41,062 nucleotides of DNA, taken from assembly GCA_039027415.1 (NCBI GenBank), contig JBCCKL010000001.1:1-41062 (forward strand). Direction: 5' to 3'. Shown here piece by piece: positions 9,430 through 17,183 of this stretch; position 1 is the first letter of the stretch; every line of letters starts with the position of its first letter. Source of the DNA: Verrucomicrobiota bacterium. Its GTDB lineage: Bacteria > Verrucomicrobiota > Verrucomicrobiia > Methylacidiphilales > JBCBYL01. The notes under the pieces are model-generated. The model worked only from the letters and a program-made list of their open reading frames with translations, made no database searches and was not told the origin of the DNA. The translations under genes and the position numbers were made by a program.

Positions 9430-11106
9430 CTATTTATCGTCCTCTTTATTTGCGTAAGCGTATGCCTCAATTCCCATTTCGGAAACATCCAAACCAGCGA
9501 TCTGCTCTGCATCAGTCGCACGGTTCTTGACGATTTTGTTAGATATCAAATACATCACAAAACCCAAAGCCCCAAAGGTAACGAAGCAGGTAATTACGCC
9601 TAGTGCCTGAACCATGAACTGGCGCCCGTCACCAAGAAATATACCGGTAACGCCATTTTCGCCATTGGCGAAGACACCAACAGCCAACCCTCCAATAGCC
9701 CCGCAAGTACCGTGGACAGAGATCGCTCCTACCGGATCATCCAGTTTCAGAAAATCTTCTATAAATAGGACGCTGTAAACCACCACGACACCACAAATGG
9801 CACCGATGACCACCGCAGCCCAGGTATCCACAAAGGCACAAGGTGCTGTGATCCCTACCAGCCCTGCCAGTAATCCGTTACAAATAAAACTTGGGTCCAC
9901 TTTACCGAATTTCAAACGACTGGTAATAGCTGCTACCATACAGCCCGCTCCAGAAGCAAGTGCTGTGTTCGCAGCAATGATCCCAATCGTAGTATTGGTG
10001 CCCGAAAGCGTCGAACCGGCATTGAATCCAAACCATCCAAATGCCAATAGGAACGTTCCCAGGAAGGCCATAGGTAGGTTGTGACCCGGTATAGGATTTG
10101 CCGTGCCATCTTTATTGAATTTACCCACACGCGGGCCGACAACATAAGCTCCAACCAGTGCCAGGACACCACCTGCCATGTGAACCACTGTAGAACCAGC
10201 AAAGTCTGCAAAACCAAGTTCACCCAACCAGCCACCACCCCAAACCCAATGACCAAAGAGCGGATAAATGAATCCTGCCACCATTACGGAGTGAAACGCA
10301 AATCCAGTCAGTTTCCAACGTTCCGCCAAAGTTCCGGTAGGAATCGTATTGGCAGTATTTGCAAAGACGAGTTGGAAAATGAACAACGAAAATATGCCAC
10401 TAGTCATCATGATATCACCACTTAGAAACCATCCTTCAGTGCCCATGATGCTCCATTTACCATCCTGCCCGATTGCAAATGCAGTGTCTAAGGTATCCGC
10501 GGCGATTCCCAAATCTGCATTCCCACCCAAGTTCCCGAACATGATTGCAAAGCCGAAGGCCCAGAAAGCGAGCATCCCTATCGAATAATCCAACAAGTTC
10601 ATCGACATGGTGTGAGCCACATTCTTAGGCCGAGTAAAGCCGCCTTCAAGAAATGCAAATCCTGCCTGCATCAACATCACCAGAAACGCAGCAAGTAAAA
10701 CCCAAACCAAATTTGCCCCCACGAATCCCTGAGCAGCTTGTTCTGCTGCAGATTCCAGACCGCTCATTTTTTCCTGGCGCCCCTTCATCGTGCTCATTTC
10801 GGCCTCCATCGCCTCTCTAGCCTCGCGGAGCGCTTTTACTTCAGCTTCCAGATCATCGAGTTTGTAGATCTTCTGCAAATCTTCCCGCATTTCTGCAGAA
10901 ATACCGCTTTCCATCATAGTCCGTTGCAAGGAAATCGTATCGCGTTGGAGCTGGCGGATTTCATTTTCCAGACTGACCGTGGATGCTGGCACCGCCTCTA
11001 CTTCTACAGCTTCCTGAGCAAATGCAGTCGAAAGCATGACAAGCACGCCAACAATAAAGAGTAAAGTGATTCGTATTTTGAGCAGATGATTACTTTTCAT
11101 ATTCAT
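9430..11106 (-). CDS. amt: Ammonium transporter (Amt/MEP family) with signal peptide and ~100-aa N-terminal coiled-coil extension
   Basis: Hallmarks DFAGSTVVHMAGG and FGWFGFNAGS, with about 11 TM segments. ATG 11106 is preferred (GAAGGA lies 4 nt upstream); the track gives GTG 11121. N-terminus: MNMKSNHLLKIRITLLFIVGVLVMLSTAFA, then a heptad-rich E/K/R/Q segment. Confidence 0.95.
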   Translation of the reverse strand: MNMKSNHLLKIRITLLFIVGVLVMLSTAFAQEAVEVEAVPASTVSLENEIRQLQRDTISLQRTMMESGISAEMREDLQKIYKLDDLEAEVKALREAREAMEAEMSTMKGRQEKMSGLESAAEQAAQGFVGANLVWVLLAAFLVMLMQAGFAFLEGGFTRPKNVAHTMSMNLLDYSIGMLAFWAFGFAIMFGNLGGNADLGIAADTLDTAFAIGQDGKWSIMGTEGWFLSGDIMMTSGIFSLFIFQLVFANTANTIPTGTLAERWKLTGFAFHSVMVAGFIYPLFGHWVWGGGWLGELGFADFAGSTVVHMAGGVLALVGAYVVGPRVGKFNKDGTANPIPGHNLPMAFLGTFLLAFGWFGFNAGSTLSGTNTTIGIIAANTALASGAGCMVAAITSRLKFGKVDPSFICNGLLAGLVGITAPCAFVDTWAAVVIGAICGVVVVYSVLFIEDFLKLDDPVGAISVHGTCGAIGGLAVGVFANGENGVTGIFLGDGRQFMVQALGVITCFVTFGALGFVMYLISNKIVKNRATDAEQIAGLDVSEMGIEAYAYANKEDDK

Positions 11107-11136
11107 TTTTCCTTCAAGCACTTACCATGCCATCTT

Positions 11137-11781
11137 TTATTCAACAATGTGCCCTCTCCAGTATCTAACGGGTTTACTCGGGTCCTTGGGAGCCGGGGGT
11201 TCTTCCTGCTTAACTGGAGCTTCTGCTGGGGGAGTCGGCGAGTTCTGTAGTGTGATGATTCCTGCATGATTAAATCGAGCCAATGAGCTTGAAATTTCGT
11301 CCGTCGTCGATCCTGTATCCTGTGCAATCTGAGCAACGGTCTTATCACCTGAGCACTGTAGCAATAAAGCCAATTCATCCGGGGTTACGTTAAGACCGCT
11401 TGCATCCATCCCCGATTGATACACTGGCATATCATTCGGTTTCGGCATGGAATCCTTAATGGCTTTCAGCTCATCTGTTCGAAGTTTAATTTTATCAATG
11501 AGCTTATCTGTTGGGTAGGCTACCAGTGACTGACGACCCGATTCCTCTTTTGCATCAAAAGAAAAATCGGCATCGATCCAACGACACAATTCTTGTAGCG
11601 CGTCGAGTCCACTGTGACTGCCCTGTTCGGCATCGACCAGCTGGCCCATCTGCATATATAGTTGTCCTACAATAACTTCGGTTCCCGATTCCTTGATATT
11701 GAGAGCACCGGACTGGTGTGACGAAGATAGCAATCTAACTACCTCAGCAAACGGCATTTGTTTGAAGGATCCGGCAAACAT
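11137..11781 (-). CDS. DUF4388 (PATAN-like) domain protein with C-terminal winged-helix-like segment and Pro-rich tail
   Basis: The N-terminus FAEVVRLLSSSHQSGALNIK...GQLYMQMGQLVDA...GLDALQELCRWIDADFSF fits the DUF4388 pattern. The C-terminal LTPDELALLLQCSGDKTVAQIAQDTGSTTDEISSSLARFNHAGIITL looks like an HTH. It stops 30 nt upstream of the amt start on the same strand. Confidence 0.75.
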   Translation of the reverse strand: MFAGSFKQMPFAEVVRLLSSSHQSGALNIKESGTEVIVGQLYMQMGQLVDAEQGSHSGLDALQELCRWIDADFSFDAKEESGRQSLVAYPTDKLIDKIKLRTDELKAIKDSMPKPNDMPVYQSGMDASGLNVTPDELALLLQCSGDKTVAQIAQDTGSTTDEISSSLARFNHAGIITLQNSPTPPAEAPVKQEEPPAPKDPSKPVRYWRGHIVE

Positions 11782-11790
11782 ACGTAAAAA

Positions 11791-11837
11791 TTAGCAATTT
11801 TCATACCGAAACTGGAAATAGGCACAAAATTTGCTAA
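11791..11837. promoter_or_regulatory. Imperfect inverted repeat in the 65-bp divergent promoter region between the two DUF4388 genes
   Basis: TTAGCAATTTT (11791..11801) and AAAATTTGCTAA (11826..11837) are reverse complements apart from one extra A. They are separated by 24 bp. Confidence 0.4.
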
Positions 11838-11846
11838 GTTTTTTAT

Positions 11847-12635
11847 ATGCGTATCGGATTGGCAATATGGCCCCAGAGTGATGCGGAGTGGCTGGAACTC
11901 GGTCTTACTTCGAAACACAACTATACGGTTGAATCGATCGGAGGCGAAGTTAAAGATCCTGTTTCCCCACTAGATCTGCTGATTGTAGACGGAGACAACC
12001 CCGGTCCACACTTTATGGGCTACTATAAGGCGTTACTATCCGGATTTGGAATGCCATCCCTAATCATTTTAGGAAGCACACAGAGTCCTGCACTGAAGGC
12101 TATCCAGTGGTCCGCATCCGAAACCGTATTCATTCCAAAGCCTTATGAAATTGAATTGGTTATCCAGCAGGTAGTCAAAAAAGCGGCAGCCATTAAAGAG
12201 TCTCACCCGAAAGCCAATGAAGAAGGTGAGCGCGAAGTCAAGACACTGGGTTACCTTTCCACTCTACCTTTACCGGATCTGGTGCAAATGCTTTGCATGA
12301 GCGAGTGGACCGGAATGGTATGTGTTGATCATTTGGCAAAAGGTGCCAAGGGATACATCTACATTTCTGATGGAAGCTTATATCATGCAGACTCAGGTTC
12401 ATTCGAAGGCCTCGAAGCCTGTTATCAGATGTTGCGCTGGGGTCGCTGCAAGTATTCCTTCAATGAGGAGGAAGTACTCGATAAAATGACGATTCAAATG
12501 CCCTGGCAGGAAATCATGCTGGAAGGCGCGCGCCTCATGGATGAATCCGGAGATAGTACGCCGAATTTCGGGAGCGAATCGCCTGGTCCGATCGATATCT
12601 CAGGGATTCCGGATATTTTTCCGACTAAAGACTAG
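11847..12635 (+). CDS. Pseudo-receiver (REC-like) + DUF4388/PATAN domain protein
   Basis: The N-terminal ~120 aa has a receiver-like layout: LDLLIVDGD (beta3 Asp), IILGS (beta4 Ser) and IPKP (beta5 Lys). It lacks the acidic DD pair after beta1 (GLAIWPQSD). The C-terminus LPLPDLVQMLCMSEWTGMVCV...GYIYISDGSLYHA...GLEACYQMLRWGRCKYSF is DUF4388. Confidence 0.75.
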   Translation: MRIGLAIWPQSDAEWLELGLTSKHNYTVESIGGEVKDPVSPLDLLIVDGDNPGPHFMGYYKALLSGFGMPSLIILGSTQSPALKAIQWSASETVFIPKPYEIELVIQQVVKKAAAIKESHPKANEEGEREVKTLGYLSTLPLPDLVQMLCMSEWTGMVCVDHLAKGAKGYIYISDGSLYHADSGSFEGLEACYQMLRWGRCKYSFNEEEVLDKMTIQMPWQEIMLEGARLMDESGDSTPNFGSESPGPIDISGIPDIFPTKD

Positions 12636-13468
12636 ATCTCCGGTTTGACCGGTGTCAGAAAAATCTCTATGCGCCGGTTTTTGGCACGATTTTCATTAGA
12701 ATCATTCGGTACTCGAGGATGATATGGTCCATTTGCTGTGGCTTTAAGCTGTTCACCAGGAATTCCACAAACTTCCTCCAAATAACGAACTGCCGCCAGA
12801 GCACGTGCTGCAGACAGTTCCCAATTCGTAGGAAATCTCAATGATCCTTTCTTCATCGCCAGATCATCAGTATGTCCAGCAACCACAATCATCTGGTCCG
12901 GCGATTGGGAAAGTGCCAGCCCCAGCTGGTCGAGCACCTGTTTTCCTCCCGGCAGTAATTCAGCCGAACCTAGCTTGAACAGTATTTTATCTGCCACATC
13001 CACTCGCAATTGATCTTTCAATCTTGATATAACTACATCTTTACTCGATATCGTCTGATTCAGTTTTTCTTCCAGTGAAGCACGCGAGCTTTCGGCATTT
13101 TTCTTTTCGGCTTCGAGCTTAGCTTCAAAATCGGCCCGTTCCTGTGATGCCTTGGCCAGTGTTTGTTCCATTTTGGCCTTCATTCGCTTCTCAGCTGCCC
13201 GAAGGGCCTGTGTCTTTTTCTCAGCCTCTGCCAGTTTACTCTGCTCGCCACTAAGCATGTCTGTCAGCTCTTCATTCTGAATCGAAAGGTTATCTAGCCT
13301 TTGATTGAGATTGCCTAGGCTCGTTTCCAGTTCATCAATTTTAGCTTGCCGATTCTGAGCCAATTTGTCCGAATCGGACCAGCTGAAGTACAGAAATGCG
13401 ATAGCTGCTAAGAGAAGCACAATGACCAGACCTATGAGTGTTGCTTTTACTGCTTTTTTCTCTGCCAT
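12632..13468 (-). CDS. OmpA/MotB-family peptidoglycan-binding protein with N-terminal TM anchor and ~130-aa coiled coil
   Basis: TM segment ATLIGLVIVLLLAAIAFLYF, then a long heptad-rich E/K/A/L/Q region. The C-terminal OmpA-like motifs are VAGHTDD...NWELSAARALAAVRYL...NRRIEIFL. Confidence 0.85.
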   Translation of the reverse strand: MAEKKAVKATLIGLVIVLLLAAIAFLYFSWSDSDKLAQNRQAKIDELETSLGNLNQRLDNLSIQNEELTDMLSGEQSKLAEAEKKTQALRAAEKRMKAKMEQTLAKASQERADFEAKLEAEKKNAESSRASLEEKLNQTISSKDVVISRLKDQLRVDVADKILFKLGSAELLPGGKQVLDQLGLALSQSPDQMIVVAGHTDDLAMKKGSLRFPTNWELSAARALAAVRYLEEVCGIPGEQLKATANGPYHPRVPNDSNENRAKNRRIEIFLTPVKPEI

Positions 13469-13476
13469 AATAACGG

Positions 13477-14358
13477 TTAATTTATACTAGATGTCGGTTT
13501 TGGGGGGTGCGCATCTGCTGCAATTGTTGGCATCAGATGGTGTAAATCCAGCCTTTTCAAATCATGCCGTGCCATGATGGTATTAATAAAGTCCATATAA
13601 TCGTCGTCCGGGCAATAGCCTGCTACCAGTAATTCCCGGACAAATGAAGGGCCATCTCCATAATCAAATGCCTTGCGATATCTATCCGATTGACTGATGA
13701 ATTGCGCGTAGCCATTAACACCTTCCTCGGTACCCGAATAGGCACGAAAATTTGCCATGGTAGGACGACCTGAATCTACTGTAGCCATACGCGCAATCTC
13801 ACCTTTCCAGGTAGACTTCCACGCTTTAATCCCGAAGTAGTTATGATGCTCCTGCGCCAAATCACTCCTGCCGTAATCACTTTCAAAAATAGCCATAGCG
13901 ATCAAGGCTGAAGCCGGTATCTGGTCTTCCGCCTGATGCTTCAAGGCTAACGGAATAATCTTCATCAGAAATGCGCGCTTTTCGCCATAGGTTGTCTCGA
14001 GCACTGTCTGAACTTCACTCACCACGGATAACATGTTGCGCGTGGACTCGCGATTGATAACTTCCACCCGTTCCAGATCACGCTCGAGTTCTGCTAGTTC
14101 AAATGCCGTGAGGTGTATGATCTGGCGATCCTGTTTGATCGTAGTCATCGAGTAAAAAAACAGGTATCCGACACAAATCCCGATAACCAAAAAAATTGCG
14201 CTAAACCAAGTGAGAATTCGAAATGGCTCTTGAGGTGTGCGCCAGCACTTTTTGATTTTAACGGGTTGATAGGGACGAAGGAAAAGTACACTCCCGACAT
14301 CTTTCGGGCGTTGTTTTACCCGAACAGAATTTTGCGAAATGAGTCCCGAGCGTTCCAT
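13477..14358 (-). CDS. Membrane-anchored FlgJ-type mannosyl-glycoprotein endo-beta-N-acetylglucosaminidase domain protein
   Basis: TM segment ILTWFSAIFLVIGICVGYLFFYS. The glucosaminidase core is ASALIAMAIFESDYGRSDLAQEHHNYFGIKA, with its Glu aligning to the catalytic Glu of FlgJ (ALESGWG...NNLFGIKA). It lies 8 nt upstream of the OmpA-like gene on the same strand. Confidence 0.8.
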   Translation of the reverse strand: MERSGLISQNSVRVKQRPKDVGSVLFLRPYQPVKIKKCWRTPQEPFRILTWFSAIFLVIGICVGYLFFYSMTTIKQDRQIIHLTAFELAELERDLERVEVINRESTRNMLSVVSEVQTVLETTYGEKRAFLMKIIPLALKHQAEDQIPASALIAMAIFESDYGRSDLAQEHHNYFGIKAWKSTWKGEIARMATVDSGRPTMANFRAYSGTEEGVNGYAQFISQSDRYRKAFDYGDGPSFVRELLVAGYCPDDDYMDFINTIMARHDLKRLDLHHLMPTIAADAHPPKPTSSIN

Positions 14359-14446
14359 CTGTGTATCGAAAACTTACCCGATTCACACAAATTTGTCTGC
14401 TCTCTTTTTATGTAAAAATAAATTATTCAGTGAGCTGATGATCCAT

Positions 14447-14725
14447 TCACATGCGAATCGTTTTAGACAGTCGCTTCATCTCTTTTTCGTAATCAGGAAA
14501 AATTCTTTGCACATAGGTCAGATCAAATCGCCCCTCTATTTCGTGGATACTCTCTTTGCGGAGTAAAAACTCGATCGTGTTCTGAATCAATTCCTCAGGC
14601 AGGATATCCCCACCCGTTAGCTTTATGTAATAATCATCTTCCAGGAGAACCGTATGTTCCGTGGTTTTACTCGTCATTACTGTAACCGAATAAGTTTCTT
14701 CTCCGCACGGATGGACTTCTATCAT
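14447..14725 (-). CDS. Conserved small hypothetical protein (92 aa)
   Basis: A strong SD (AAGGAG) lies 7 nt upstream of the ATG. The pattern Y-x-V-x-V...T-x-H-x-V...PEELI...FLL-x-KE...FDL-x(5)-FP-x-YE resembles a widespread uncharacterised small-protein family. That resemblance is from memory and I have no family name. Confidence 0.65.
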   Translation of the reverse strand: MIEVHPCGEETYSVTVMTSKTTEHTVLLEDDYYIKLTGGDILPEELIQNTIEFLLRKESIHEIEGRFDLTYVQRIFPDYEKEMKRLSKTIRM

Positions 14726-14772
14726 GTTTATCTCCTTATATTCAGCTTGTGATTACATGTTATCTCTTTAAA

Positions 14773-14788
14773 TTTACATAAGTGTAAA
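14773..14788. promoter_or_regulatory. Palindrome TTTACA-TAAG-TGTAAA in the 310-bp AT-rich divergent intergenic region
   Basis: Read directly: perfect 6-bp arms with a 4-bp spacer. It lies between the 92-aa gene (-) and the DUF4212/symporter operon (+). TTTACA also resembles a -35-like hexamer. Confidence 0.35.
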
Positions 14789-15035
14789 CACGTTTTTTAA
14801 GGAGGTCAACCACACTTGCGTACTGATCATTTACCAGACGTAAAAAACAAACGCTTGTAAGCAGTCGGAATATTTATTTACAAAGTTGGGTGTAATTTAT
14901 CTGGTAATAAAAAGTTTATCTAATTTTTGAGGCTCTCACGCATTTCACAATCACAACCCCTTGAATTTCATAGATCATTTAAATTAAGGAAACCACCGAC
15001 CTCTTTTCGCTTGAGCTCCGATACAACCTACCGCT

Positions 15036-15371
15036 ATGACTCATAGCATGTCATCTTCTGAGCAAACCTCCAATGAGTCTCATAATCAGGCTAAACTCTA
15101 CTGGAAAGCCAACATCAAACTAGTACTCATACTTATGGCGATCTGGTTCGCAGTATCATTTGGTGCGAGTATTCTTTTCGTGGAACGACTCAATGAAATT
15201 CACATCGGCGGATTTCCACTTGGTTTCTGGATGGGGCAACAAGGCTCCATCTTCGTATTCATTCTACTCATCCTTTTCTATGCAGTTCGTATGGGACAAC
15301 TCGACCGGAAATTCGGTGTAGATGAATCCGAAGAAGAACCCGGCGAAGAAGTTCCTTCCCACGAACTCTAA
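15036..15371 (+). CDS. DUF4212 small membrane subunit of a sodium:solute symporter
   Basis: YWKANIKLVLILMAIWFAVSFG...GGFPLGFWMGQQGSIFVFILLILFYAVRM matches the DUF4212 (small symporter subunit) pattern. The SSS gene follows 27 nt downstream. Confidence 0.85.
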   Translation: MTHSMSSSEQTSNESHNQAKLYWKANIKLVLILMAIWFAVSFGASILFVERLNEIHIGGFPLGFWMGQQGSIFVFILLILFYAVRMGQLDRKFGVDESEEEPGEEVPSHEL

Positions 15372-15398
15372 TTTATATTTTCACCTAATCTCTCTGTT

Positions 15399-17114
15399 AT
15401 GAGCACACAAGAATGGACCTACCTCATCGTTGGTATTACCTTCGCCATTTACATTGGCATCGCCATCATCTGTAGAGTCGGAAGCACCAAGGGATTTTAT
15501 GTCGCTGGACATGGCGTGCCCCCCATCTGTAACGGAATGGCTACAGCAGCAGACTGGATGAGCGCTGCCTCTTTCCTATCAATGGCAGGGCTCATCTCTT
15601 TCATGGGTTCCACAGGTACTGTTTATCTGCTTGGTTGGACCGGCGGTTATGTTCTGCTTGCACTGCTGCTAGCACCCTACCTACGCAAATTTGGAAAATT
15701 TACGGTACCAGATTTTGTGGGTGATCGTTATTATTCCCAAACCGCAAGACTCGTCGCAGTCTTCTGTGCTATTTTTGTTTCACTGACGTATATCGCAGGT
15801 CAAATGCGTGGCGTAGGTATCGTTTTTTCAAATATTCTACAGGTAGACATTAATTTGGGTGTAATGATCGGAATGGTGTTGGTTTTCTGCTACGCAACCA
15901 TGGGCGGGATGAAAGGCATCACTTGGACTCAGGTAGCTCAATACGTCATCCTCATCTTTGCATACCTGATACCTGCTTGTGCAATTTCGCACCAATTGAC
16001 CGGAAACTACATACCTCAATTTGGATTTGGATCTCAGGTGGTAGACGGTCCTAATGCGGGCATGTATCTCCTGGAATTAGTGGATGAACTACACCGCGAA
16101 TTAGGACTTCCCGAATACACAGCCGCTTATGCAGCAGGCAAGAGAGGCATGATCGACGTCTTTTGTATTACCATGGCACTCATGGTCGGCACCGCAGGAC
16201 TGCCGCATGTCATCATCCGCTTTTACACCGTAAAAACAGTATCCGCTGCGCGCTGGAGTGCGCTCTGGGCCGTTCTATTCATCGGCCTGCTCTACACCAC
16301 CGCACCTGCCATCGCCACGTTCGCCCGGGCAAATCTAATTCAGACAGTGCATAACCAGAGTTACAGCGAAATGCCCGCGTGGTTCAAAAAATGGGAAAAC
16401 AGCGGTCTGATTCAATTTGAGGATAAAAATGGCGACGGCAATGTACAGTATTTCGGTAAGGCGAATGAAGCCAACGAGCTTATCATCGACCGTGATATCA
16501 TAGTGCTGGCAAATCCGGAAATCGCCAACCTCCCGTCCTGGGTAGTTGCACTAGTGGCGGCCGGAGCTCTGGCTGCTGCACTCTCAACTGCTGCGGGTTT
16601 GTTATTGGTCATCTCCTCTTCGATATCGCATGACCTGTTCAAACGCATTTTAAAACCGGACATGTCTGACAAACAGGAACTAGCTTACGCCAGAGTGGCC
16701 GCTGGAGCTGCCGTAGTCGTAGCCGGTCTCTTTGGTATTTACCCACCAGGATTTGTGGGTGAAGTGGTGGCATTCGCCTTTGGGCTCGCCGCCAGTAGCT
16801 TCTTCCCTGCTATCATTCTCGGTATCTTTAGTAAACGTACCAGTCGTGAGGGTGCCATTGCGGGAATGCTTACCGGAATTGCTTTCACTGGTGCCTATAT
16901 CATTTATTTCCGCTTCATAAATACGACGGCCGGTCCGGATGAATGGCTTTGGGGGATAAGCCCGCAAGGAATCGGTACTATCGGTATGTTGATCAACTTC
17001 GCAGTCACACTGACCGTAACCCGTTTCACGCCCGCGCCACCTAAAGAGGTTCAGGATTCCGTCGAACGCATCCGCTACCCGCGTCATCGCCACATCGAGT
17101 CGCTAGATATCTGA
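15399..17114 (+). CDS. Sodium:solute symporter (SSS) family permease, large subunit paired with DUF4212 (ActP-like)
   Basis: 571 aa with about 13 TM segments. GMATAADWMSAASFLSMAGL resembles the ActP/SSS signature, and the soluble insertion FEDKNGDGNVQYFGKANE is present. Substrate cannot be called from sequence. Confidence 0.93.
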   Translation: MSTQEWTYLIVGITFAIYIGIAIICRVGSTKGFYVAGHGVPPICNGMATAADWMSAASFLSMAGLISFMGSTGTVYLLGWTGGYVLLALLLAPYLRKFGKFTVPDFVGDRYYSQTARLVAVFCAIFVSLTYIAGQMRGVGIVFSNILQVDINLGVMIGMVLVFCYATMGGMKGITWTQVAQYVILIFAYLIPACAISHQLTGNYIPQFGFGSQVVDGPNAGMYLLELVDELHRELGLPEYTAAYAAGKRGMIDVFCITMALMVGTAGLPHVIIRFYTVKTVSAARWSALWAVLFIGLLYTTAPAIATFARANLIQTVHNQSYSEMPAWFKKWENSGLIQFEDKNGDGNVQYFGKANEANELIIDRDIIVLANPEIANLPSWVVALVAAGALAAALSTAAGLLLVISSSISHDLFKRILKPDMSDKQELAYARVAAGAAVVVAGLFGIYPPGFVGEVVAFAFGLAASSFFPAIILGIFSKRTSREGAIAGMLTGIAFTGAYIIYFRFINTTAGPDEWLWGISPQGIGTIGMLINFAVTLTVTRFTPAPPKEVQDSVERIRYPRHRHIESLDI

Positions 17115-17183
17115 TTTATTGATCACAGACAGCTAAGAGCGATTTGCAATCCGTGGGTATCCCGCTAATGGTTTCAATGAACC

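Noticed and set aside
9276-9603. ORFs 9276..9521 (-) and 9397..9603 (+) spanning the amt-ychF spacer
   Set aside because: They overlap the 3' end of amt, the terminator hairpin and the ychF start. They have no motifs and are explained by the neighbouring real features.
14726-15035. Possibility of a riboswitch or sRNA in the 310-bp spacer, or other ncRNAs (tmRNA, RNase P, SRP, 6S) in the remaining spacers
   Set aside because: The spacer is AT-rich with no GC-rich helices or conserved riboswitch cores that I recognise. The other spacers are under 170 bp and show no structured-RNA signatures.
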